Assembly (NCBI RefSeq): GCF_008065095.1
Contig: NZ_CP042911.1
Coordinates: 2,190,001 to 2,222,000, forward strand
Source of the DNA: Gemmata obscuriglobus
Lineage (GTDB): Bacteria; Planctomycetota; Planctomycetia; Gemmatales; Gemmataceae
Reading direction: 5' to 3'
Length of the DNA stretch: 32,000 nucleotides
Shown here: piece after piece, positions 25,266-32,000 of the stretch
Numbering within the stretch: the first letter of the stretch is position 1
How the letters are laid out: the number at the start of each line of letters is the position of its first letter
Notes under the pieces: generated by a model
The model's input: only the letters and a program-made list of their open reading frames with translations
What the model was told of the DNA's origin: nothing
Databases searched by the model: none
Translations under genes and position numbers: made by a program

Positions 25266-26095
25266 TTGCCACCCCCGATCGCGAACGGGTGCGCCGCGCC
25301 CAGCGCCACGAGCAGGAGCGCAAACGCCGCGATGGAGAAGAGCGCCAGCCGCCGCGCGGGGAGGTGTACCGCGTACCGCAGGTACAGCAGAACGAGAAAC
25401 AGCACCCACAGCCCGGCCGACGACAGCACCTTGACCGAGAACCAGTTCTCGCCGAGCGCGTGGGTGCTCTCCAGCAGCAGGGTGCCGACGAGCAACCCGA
25501 CGGTGAGCATCGGGAACGCGATGTTGATCGCCCGCCGGTTCATGTGTTCGAGCCGCTCCAGGCTGAGCATCGGCACCACCGCCCGCGGGCTCACCTTGTT
25601 CCGCAGCCGCCGCGACTGAATCAAATACATGACGCTGGCCAGGAAGCTTACGCTCACGCCCACGGATGCACAGAGGATCAGCACCCCGTGAACGCCGCCC
25701 CAGAACCGCTCACCGGAGGTCCACTGCGCCAGATCGACCGCGGCGTACTCCGGCTCGACGGTGAGCAGCACGCGCGAGGCGGCCACGAGGCCGATCACGA
25801 CCGGCAGCACGAACACGGCCCACGCCTGTTTCGCGTGGTGAACGGTGCCGTAGAAGTAGAACAGCGCGAGCACCCAGGCGAGCAGCAGCACGGACCCGAA
25901 CGGCACCGCGGGCGACGGCTGGTTCACGAGCAGGTACGCGGAGTGCGCGAACAGCCCGGCGGCGCCGAACGCCAGACCCGTGAGGCGCCACCCGGCCGCG
26001 GGCCACAGCAGCCGGCCCGTTTCCAGTAGGAACGCGCACAGGTAGCTGAGCCCGATGCAGTAGTGGTGAATGTTCTGTACGAGTGAGCCGGTCAT
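25262..26095 (-). CDS. CcsA/HemX-like integral membrane protein (cytochrome c assembly protein family)
   Basis: Start set at MTGSLVQNIHHYCIGLSYL (CAT at 26093-26095). It has about 8 hydrophobic segments. Its position directly upstream of hemA, with a 4-nt overlap, matches the hemA-associated CcsA-like genes known from other bacteria. Confidence 0.55.
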   Translation of the reverse strand: MTGSLVQNIHHYCIGLSYLCAFLLETGRLLWPAAGWRLTGLAFGAAGLFAHSAYLLVNQPSPAVPFGSVLLLAWVLALFYFYGTVHHAKQAWAVFVLPVVIGLVAASRVLLTVEPEYAAVDLAQWTSGERFWGGVHGVLILCASVGVSVSFLASVMYLIQSRRLRNKVSPRAVVPMLSLERLEHMNRRAINIAFPMLTVGLLVGTLLLESTHALGENWFSVKVLSSAGLWVLFLVLLYLRYAVHLPARRLALFSIAAFALLLVALGAAHPFAIGGGK

Positions 26096-26445
26096 GGCGC
26101 GCGGCTTGAACCTCGCAGTTTCGGGAAGGTAGCCCACATTATACGGCTTCCGTCGCGGCCCGCTCCGGAACCGGTACGGGTCGAACGCCGGCCGGCCCAA
26201 GTGGGGTGCGGTACCGGAACCGACCAAGGCCCCTGCTCGGGGTGGGGGACACCCGGGAGCGCGCGGGCGTTCAGAAAGTGGTTGGCGAGGAAGGTGTTAC
26301 GGCTGCAAGGTGCGGCGCGCTCTCTTGCTACAGCGGATGGGCTTAATCGGCTCCGGCCGCGCCCGTGGCCGTCCGGTTCCGTTTGGCGATCGTCGGCGAT
26401 GTGAAAAAATCGCGAAATCGACCCATTTGAGCCGCCGCGGGCGGA

Positions 26446-29400
26446 ATGAGTATTGTGAAGACCCGATCGAGGCATTCGATGTCGACCCGCGTTCGGCCCG
26501 CGTTGTCCGAAATGATCCGCCAGTTCGCAGGCGGGTTGCGGCAGGACCACGCGCGCGACGCCGATTTGCTCTCGGCTTTCGCTCACCAACAGGACGACCA
26601 GGCGTTCGCCGATCTTGTCGCCCGGCACGGGCCGCTGGTGTGGGGCGTTTGCAGCCGCGGGTTGATCGATCCCAACGACGCCGAGGACGCGTTCCAGGCG
26701 ACGTTTCTCGCGCTAGCGCGTCAGGCCGGTGCGCTCGCGGAGCGTGCCCGCACGCACGAGACCCTGGCGGGGTGGCTCTACCTGACGGCCCAGCGGATCG
26801 CACACAACCTGCGGCGGTCGCAAGCCCGGCGGTGCGAACACGAGCAGAAAGCGGCCGCCGACTGGAGCGAGCGGGCGACGGCACCCGCTTCGCCTGCCTT
26901 TGAGCTGGGCGGGGTGCTGGACGAGGAACTGGGGCAACTCCCCGCTCGGTTCCGCGAGCCTCTTGTGCTTTGCTACTTCCAGGGCAAGACGCACGCCGAC
27001 GCGGCCCGACAGTTGGGGTGCCCGGTCGGGACCGTGTCGGGGCGGCTGGCCCGGGCGTGTGAACTTCTTCGCGATCGCCTCGCCCGCCGCGGTGTTGCTC
27101 TTGCCGTCGGTCAAGTCGCTGTGGTTCTCGCGGCCGCCGGTTCGACGGCTCGCGCAGCGGTCGCACCTGTACCGGCCCGGCTGGCGGACGCTACCGCAGC
27201 CGCGGCCCGGCCGTTTGTGACGGGCGACGGCGCGGGCACCGCGGCGGGGCAACTCGCCCTCGGTGTGCCCCCGGTTCGCGCCGGCGTGAACATCAAATTT
27301 GTGGGCGTGCTGGCCGTCGCGTTCCTCGGCGTGACGGTCGCCGCGGCGGTGGGGTTGGGGCCGGCGCCGACCCCGCCGGCCGACGTGCGCTCCGCCTCCC
27401 CTCCAGAGGTTCGCGACGGCGGCCATGCGTTCGGTGATCCGTTGCCGACAGGGGCGATCGCCCGCCTGGGGACGCTTCGCTTCCGGACCGGGCGGATGGG
27501 TTTCACGTCGAGCGTCGCTTTCGGACCGGGGGCCAAATCGCTGCTGTCGGCGCACGGCGACGACGTTGTCCACGTTTGGGACCCGGTTACCGGCCGCGAA
27601 AGGCCGCGCCTGGACGCCCCGCGGCTTTGCACCGCGGTCAGTGCAACCCCGGACGGGCGGCGCCTGGTTGGCGTTGGGGCTTCTGAGGTTTGGGCGTGGG
27701 ATCTTGCGGCCAACCCGCCGGCCGTGCTTTGGAAGACACAACAGCCCCGGATCGTGCGCGGGAGCATCGCAATTTCGCCGAACGGGCGCCTGGTCGCCCA
27801 CGGTTCGGTGAAGGGAACGGTCGTGCTGCTGGACGCGGCCACGGGCGACGAACTGCGCACGTTTCCTGCGGTCGGTTCCGGCTTGACCTTCGCGCCGGAT
27901 TCGATGCGCCTCGCGGCCTGGTCTCACGAGTCGGCCGTGAACGCGAGCGTCGCGGTGACGGACGTGTCGGTCTGGAACGTTGCGGATGGGGCGCACGAGT
28001 ACACCCTGCAGGTCGCTCCGAAGGGCGGAGCGGTTTCGGCCGTTGCGTTCTCTCCGGACGGTACGACCGTGGCCACGGCTGCGGGTGATCGCCGCTTGCG
28101 GCTCTGGAACGCGGCTGACGGAACGTGGCGGGCCGATCTGACCGCAGACGCTGACCCCCTCGCCTACGTCGGGTTCCAGCCCGACGGCACATTGATCGAG
28201 GCGGGCGGTGGTCGCGTCCGGTTCTGGGATACGGTGCGGGGGGCGCAGTCGAGGCCGCCGGTCCGGGCCGAGGACACCGCGGACGCGTACCTCCTCTCGG
28301 GAGACGGAACCCTCCTGGCTCGGGCCGGGCTGTTCGGCGCCGGGATGCGCGAGGTCGCGACCGGCCGCGAGATCGGCGCGGGCGCGGGGATGCCGGACGG
28401 GTTGGTTCATGCCGTCGCGTTCGCCCCGGACGGCCGGTCCGTCGTGACGGCGGCGTACAGCGAGTCGGCCGGGGGCTCGTTGTACCTCTGGGATGCGACT
28501 GACGGCAAACTCCGGGGGCAGGCCGGTACTGGAACGGGACACATTATCTGGGGCCTCGACATCGCTCCGGACGGGGCGGTGTCGGTGGCGAGCGTGCCGC
28601 TGTACCGAAACCCCGCGCCGCGGACTCGCGTCATGACGTGGGCGGAGGGGCTCGGTCGTCCGCCGGCCAGCTACCCGCTGCCGGCCGGGACCCGGTGCGG
28701 GGCGTCATCGCCGGACCGCCGTTACGTAGCCGCCGCGACCGGCGACCGCGTTGTGTTCTGTGATCGCGCGACCGGTCAAGAGGTGCGAGCACTCCCAATC
28801 AAGTGTCAGGCGAACAGCCTCGCGTTTTCGGCCGACGGGAGCTGCGTCGGGGTGCTGGACGTCTCCGCGCGGCGGGTGACCGTTTGCTCGCTGGTGGACG
28901 GCCGCCAGACGGCCTGGCCGCGGGACGACGGCGCGGCCGTTCAATTCTCGCTGTCGCCGCTGGCTCTATCGCCGGACGGGCGGTTGTTCGCGGTGTGCGT
29001 TGCCGGACGCGACGGCCGGCTGCGGGTGATCGAAACTGCGACCGGGGCGGAACTGTGGCAGGCGGACGCGCGGCTGAGCGGGCTACCCGCGCCCGAGTTT
29101 GTTTTCTCCCCGGACGGGCGCACCCTCGCGGCGGCCGGCCGGGACGGGACGGTGCGGGTGTGGGAGGTGGCAACCGGCGAGGAGCGGTACCGCTTCTCCG
29201 GGCACCGCGCCGGGGTGTTCTCGGTGGCGTACAGCCCCGACTCGCGGCGTGTGGCGTCGGCGAGTTACGACTGTACCGCGCTGGTGTGGGACGTCGGGAC
29301 GCTCCCAGCCGTGCCGAAGAATCGGGCGGCTCCCGAGGAACTCTGGGCCGCCCTGACGGGGCACGAGGCGGCACCGGCCTACCGCGCGATTGCGGCGCTG

Positions 29401-29823
29401 GTCGATTCGCCCGGTGTTGCGGTTCCGCTGCTCCGCTCCAAACTTGCCCCGCCCGCCGCACCGCCCGCGCGCGTGCGGGAATGGCTGGCGGACCTGGGGA
29501 GCAACCAGTTCGCGACCCGCGAGGCCGCGAGCCGCGAACTGGCGCGGCGGGGCGATCAGGTTTTCCCGGAACTCAAACAGGCGCTCGCCGCCGCCGGCTC
29601 GCCGGAGGTGCGTGCCCGGCTCCGGCGGTTGCTGGAGCGGCTCGGATCTCTGTCGCCGGACAGCCGGGCGGTTGTACGGGGTGTCGAAGTTCTGGAACGG
29701 TTGGGAGCGGACCCGGCCGCCCGGGAACTCTTACGAGAACTCGCGGGCGCGCCGACCGAGAGCTTGCTCGGGCGTGAGTCACGGGCGGCATACCGGCGGC
29801 TGGTGTCGGCCACTGCGCAGTGA
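26446..29823 (+). CDS. ECF sigma factor fused to a transmembrane segment and a large WD40/beta-propeller extension (1125 aa)
   Basis: Sigma-70 region 2 is present (FADLVARHGPLVWGVCSRGL.DPNDAEDAFQATFL), as is region 4 (LPARFREPLVLCYFQGKTHADAARQLGCPVGTVSGRL). A hydrophobic helix (NIKFVGVLAVAFLGVTVAAAVGL, about 27289-27357) follows. After it come many repeats of the type 'V.AVAFSPDG..VATA..D..LRLW...G'. The C-terminal helical segment is (..LGSNQFATREAASRELARRGDQVFPELKQAL..SPEVRARLRRLLERL). Confidence 0.85.
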   Translation: MSIVKTRSRHSMSTRVRPALSEMIRQFAGGLRQDHARDADLLSAFAHQQDDQAFADLVARHGPLVWGVCSRGLIDPNDAEDAFQATFLALARQAGALAERARTHETLAGWLYLTAQRIAHNLRRSQARRCEHEQKAAADWSERATAPASPAFELGGVLDEELGQLPARFREPLVLCYFQGKTHADAARQLGCPVGTVSGRLARACELLRDRLARRGVALAVGQVAVVLAAAGSTARAAVAPVPARLADATAAAARPFVTGDGAGTAAGQLALGVPPVRAGVNIKFVGVLAVAFLGVTVAAAVGLGPAPTPPADVRSASPPEVRDGGHAFGDPLPTGAIARLGTLRFRTGRMGFTSSVAFGPGAKSLLSAHGDDVVHVWDPVTGRERPRLDAPRLCTAVSATPDGRRLVGVGASEVWAWDLAANPPAVLWKTQQPRIVRGSIAISPNGRLVAHGSVKGTVVLLDAATGDELRTFPAVGSGLTFAPDSMRLAAWSHESAVNASVAVTDVSVWNVADGAHEYTLQVAPKGGAVSAVAFSPDGTTVATAAGDRRLRLWNAADGTWRADLTADADPLAYVGFQPDGTLIEAGGGRVRFWDTVRGAQSRPPVRAEDTADAYLLSGDGTLLARAGLFGAGMREVATGREIGAGAGMPDGLVHAVAFAPDGRSVVTAAYSESAGGSLYLWDATDGKLRGQAGTGTGHIIWGLDIAPDGAVSVASVPLYRNPAPRTRVMTWAEGLGRPPASYPLPAGTRCGASSPDRRYVAAATGDRVVFCDRATGQEVRALPIKCQANSLAFSADGSCVGVLDVSARRVTVCSLVDGRQTAWPRDDGAAVQFSLSPLALSPDGRLFAVCVAGRDGRLRVIETATGAELWQADARLSGLPAPEFVFSPDGRTLAAAGRDGTVRVWEVATGEERYRFSGHRAGVFSVAYSPDSRRVASASYDCTALVWDVGTLPAVPKNRAAPEELWAALTGHEAAPAYRAIAALVDSPGVAVPLLRSKLAPPAAPPARVREWLADLGSNQFATREAASRELARRGDQVFPELKQALAAAGSPEVRARLRRLLERLGSLSPDSRAVVRGVEVLERLGADPAARELLRELAGAPTESLLGRESRAAYRRLVSATAQ

Positions 29824-29892
29824 AAACCGGGGCGACCGAACGGGCGTTACCAAAGGCTTGATTTCTCCAACCGGCGCCGGGATTGGGCGCTG

Positions 29893-29924
29893 GGCCGAAC
29901 CGCTCTCTCTCCTGCGGTTCGGCC
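29893..29924 (+). terminator. Hairpin between the ECF-WD40 gene and the DUF1559 gene
   Basis: Perfect 11-bp stem GGCCGAACCGC / GCGGTTCGGCC with the pyrimidine loop TCTCTCTCCT. It starts 70 nt after the stop at 29823. There is no U tract. Confidence 0.45.
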
Positions 29925-29980
29925 GGTTCGTCGAAACGATACCGGTCCACGTTATCTCTTTCATTTGGAGGGGGGAGTTT

Positions 29981-30946
29981 ATGACTCGGGGTACGCGACG
30001 TTCGGCGTTCACGCTGATCGAGCTGCTGGTGGTGATCGCGATTATTGCCATACTCATCGGCCTCCTGCTGCCGGCCGTTCAGAAGGTCCGGGAGGCGGCG
30101 GCCCGGATGAAGTGCAGCAACCACCTCAAGCAGATAAGCTTGGCCGCGCACAACTACCACGACGCTAACCAGAGCTTTCCGCAAACGACTCTCACGGGCA
30201 CTACCGTGGCCTCCGGGTACTCGACCTGCTTCGTGGCCCTGCTCCCGTATCTGGAGCAGTCCGCCCTGTACGACGCGCTACGCGCCAAGGCGGTTGCGGC
30301 GAACCGGAAGTACGTGGGCGGGGTGGGCGACGGCGGGGCGAACTCGCTCGACGCCACACCGATCCCGCTACTCGTTTGCCCGTCCGACAAGATGCCTAAC
30401 CCGGCGGTCGGCCAGGAACCCGGCAGCAACTTCTACCACGGCCTTACCAGCTACCACCCGGTTGCCACCGGCCTGGACAAGTCGAACAGCAAGTGGGGCA
30501 CTGATGGCGCGATCCCGAACGCGCGAACGGTCAAGATCCTCGACATTACCGACGGCACGTCGAACACGCTGCTGTTCGGGGAGTGGACGAATTTCGATCC
30601 CAACTTTGTGAGCTGGGCGCCGTTCGTGGGCAGCGACTCGCGGTACGAGCTGTGGATCTTCGCGGGCGTCTGGGATTCGAGCAGTTCGGGCTGCCTGGCC
30701 ACGGGCGGCCTGCCGTTCAACTACCGGCTGCCCGCGGCGCCGTCCGGGACCACTTTGACCACCGCGCTGAACACGATCCAGCTCCGCGCGCAGGCGTTCG
30801 GCAGCAGCCACAGCGGCGGGGCGAACGTGTCCTTTGCGGACGGGTCCGTCCGGTTCATTTCGAACAACATCAACAGCTCCCCGCTGGTTCTGCCGGCGCT
30901 CTGTTCGCGGGCCGGTGGCGAGCCCATCGACGCCACGGCGTACTGA
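29981..30946 (+). CDS. DUF1559 domain protein with prepilin-type N-terminal cleavage/methylation leader (H-X9-DG protein)
   Basis: GGAGGGGGGAG lies upstream of the ATG. The N-terminus RRSAFTLIELLVVIAIIAILIGLLLPAVQKVREAAARMKCSNHLKQ is the classic planctomycete pseudopilin-like leader. The C-terminal H-X9-DG motif is HSGGANVSFADGS. The listed ORF start at 29390 overlaps the previous gene. Confidence 0.9.
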   Translation: MTRGTRRSAFTLIELLVVIAIIAILIGLLLPAVQKVREAAARMKCSNHLKQISLAAHNYHDANQSFPQTTLTGTTVASGYSTCFVALLPYLEQSALYDALRAKAVAANRKYVGGVGDGGANSLDATPIPLLVCPSDKMPNPAVGQEPGSNFYHGLTSYHPVATGLDKSNSKWGTDGAIPNARTVKILDITDGTSNTLLFGEWTNFDPNFVSWAPFVGSDSRYELWIFAGVWDSSSSGCLATGGLPFNYRLPAAPSGTTLTTALNTIQLRAQAFGSSHSGGANVSFADGSVRFISNNINSSPLVLPALCSRAGGEPIDATAY

Positions 30947-30978
30947 CCGCACCGCCGCACCCGAGGAGGCATTGAATC

Positions 30979-31464
30979 GTGCGTCGCTATTATTTTGCTC
31001 CGCTCCTGTTCGCCGCCCTGGCCTGCGGGTGCGAGCGCCAACCGGAGTTCGCACCGGTCGAAGGGACGGTCACCCGAGCCGGGCGGCCGGTCGCCAACAT
31101 CGAAGTCGCTTTTTACGCCGACGAGCCGACACGCGGGCCGCGGTCGACGGCGCTCACCGACGCCAACGGCCGGTACCGGCTGCAAGCCGACACCGGGGCG
31201 GACGGGGCCGTGGTCGGCGCCCACCGGGTGTGCCTGTACGACCGCGATCCCGCGTTCATCATGTCCCTGAACATGGGCACGATCGCCGCGTTCGATAAGG
31301 GGCGGTTACCGCCGGAGCTGGCGGGCAAGCTGCCGACTGGAGCGATCATGCCCGGTAAGGCGCCGGTCTCGCGCGTGCCGGACAAGTACATGCAGCCGTG
31401 GGAATCGCCGTTGCGGGTGGAGGTGAAGTCCGGCCCACAAACCCACGACTTTCAAATCCCATGA
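30979..31464 (+). CDS. Small lipoprotein-like protein with carboxypeptidase-regulatory-like (Ig-like beta-sandwich) domain
   Basis: GTG start with GAGGAGG 9 nt upstream. The signal is followed by Cys (LLFAALACGC). The motif VEGTVTRAGRPVANIEVAFY...TDANGRYRL is typical of the small proteins that follow DUF1559 genes in planctomycetes (from memory). Confidence 0.65.
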   Translation: MRRYYFAPLLFAALACGCERQPEFAPVEGTVTRAGRPVANIEVAFYADEPTRGPRSTALTDANGRYRLQADTGADGAVVGAHRVCLYDRDPAFIMSLNMGTIAAFDKGRLPPELAGKLPTGAIMPGKAPVSRVPDKYMQPWESPLRVEVKSGPQTHDFQIP

Positions 31465-32000
31465 CCGCTTTGACCCGTGGGGGCCGCCCCGCCGTGACCC
31501 GGCGCCGGGCGGCCGTGCTCGCCGTCGTTTGTGGGGCCGGCGTGCTGGCTGCGTGGCTGGCATGGCCGGCGCCGGACGGCGGGATCGTGTACGCGGCGCC
31601 GGGCGGAACGCCGCTGACCCTGGAGATCGACTACCCGGCGGGACCGGGGCCGCACCCGGTCGTTCTGTTCGCACCGCACCGCGGCGACTGGGACGGCTCG
31701 TTCAAGCGAGAGGATCGTTGCCGCATTCTGGTGAAGGCCCTCACACGCGCCGGCTACGCGGTCGCGACCATCCACTACCGACTCATCGGCGCGCACCCGT
31801 TCCCGGCCCAGATCAAGGACGGCAAGGCCGCCGTCCGGTGGTTGCGGGCGAACGCCGGGCGCCTGGGGCTGGCGGCCGACCGGGTCGGCGCGATTGGAGT
31901 GTCTGCCGGGGGCTATGGGGTGTGCATGCTCGGCACAACCGGCCCGAACGACGGGTTCGACGACCCCGGCGAGGAGCCGGTTGCTGGCCGTGTACAGGCG
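31461..32000 (+). CDS. Alpha/beta hydrolase (esterase/lipase fold-3-like), N-terminal part; continues beyond the window
   Basis: This ORF is not in the track because it has no stop in the window. The ATG overlaps the preceding stop (ATGA, 31461-31464) and the frame is open to base 32000. My translation contains ..HPVVLFAPHRGDW.., ..IHYRL...HPFPAQIKDGKAAVRWLRANA.. and the nucleophile elbow GVSAGG. Confidence 0.7.
   Translation, partial: MTALTRGGRPAVTRRRAAVLAVVCGAGVLAAWLAWPAPDGGIVYAAPGGTPLTLEIDYPAGPGPHPVVLFAPHRGDWDGSFKREDRCRILVKALTRAGYAVATIHYRLIGAHPFPAQIKDGKAAVRWLRANAGRLGLAADRVGAIGVSAGGYGVCMLGTTGPNDGFDDPGEEPVAGRVQA

Noticed and set aside
23694-25619. 641-aa plus-strand ORF
   Set aside because: It is antisense to hemA and the CcsA-like gene, both of which have clear family motifs. 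Its composition is typical of spurious GC-rich frames.
26160-26230. Two CCGGAACCG motifs as ECF-type -35 (GGAAC) elements upstream of the ECF-WD40 gene
   Set aside because: No convincing CGT-type -10 lies at 16-17 nt spacing. The motifs lie more than 200 nt from the start codon, close to the divergent CcsA-like gene. That is insufficient to call a promoter.
26713-28542. 609-aa minus-strand ORF
   Set aside because: It is antisense to the ECF-WD40 gene and is Arg/Pro/Gly-rich with no recognisable domain. The same reasoning applies to 7863-9095 (+), 16110-17216 (+), 3448-4497 (-), 14788-15954 (-), 18844-20403 (+) and similar track entries.
29390-29980. Upstream extension of the DUF1559 ORF (track start 29390)
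   Set aside because: It overlaps the 3' end of the ECF-WD40 gene. The prepilin-type leader (MTRGTRRSAFTLIELLVV...) must be N-terminal, and it is preceded by a strong GGAGG-type SD at 29968-29977.

Overview
High-GC segment, about two-thirds G+C by eye. The gene content points to a Planctomycetota genome of the Gemmata/Gemmataceae type (inference): a prepilin-leader DUF1559 protein, an ECF sigma-TM-WD40 fusion, and a giant secreted protein with an N-terminal LEDRVVPA leader. I support 25 protein-coding genes. They are a GH3-family enzyme (5' truncated by the window edge), a DapA/NanA-family lyase, a metallophosphoesterase, yidC, a PfpI/DJ-1 protein, an outer-membrane beta-barrel candidate, metG, and a small protein plus retropepsin-like protease pair. 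Then come a 1740-aa PATR/Calx-beta/FG-GAP surface protein, a Gfo/Idh/MocA oxidoreductase, a HEAT-repeat protein, an AlkB-like dioxygenase, an SPFH protein with a downstream Arc-like regulator, and a lipoate-protein ligase family protein. The rest are three overlapping orphan paralogs, a CcsA/HemX-like membrane protein coupled to hemA, the ECF-WD40 fusion, and a DUF1559 / small lipoprotein / alpha-beta hydrolase operon (3' truncated). I found no rRNA, tRNA, CRISPR array, transposase or integrase. Many long alternative-frame and antisense ORFs in the track are high-GC artefacts. The best candidate for something undescribed is the translationally coupled three-gene array at 21375-23534. It is built from one repeated Trp-rich module that I cannot assign to any family, and it is preceded by a perfect 31-bp-arm AT-rich palindrome with 9-nt internal periodicity. 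Secondary leads are the small-protein/retropepsin pair next to a low-GC 670-nt non-coding stretch, a C9 homopolymer inside the outer-membrane protein gene, the SPFH-Arc pair with a perfect palindrome upstream, and a 454-nt structured spacer between convergent genes. All family assignments come from motif recognition by eye, not from searches.
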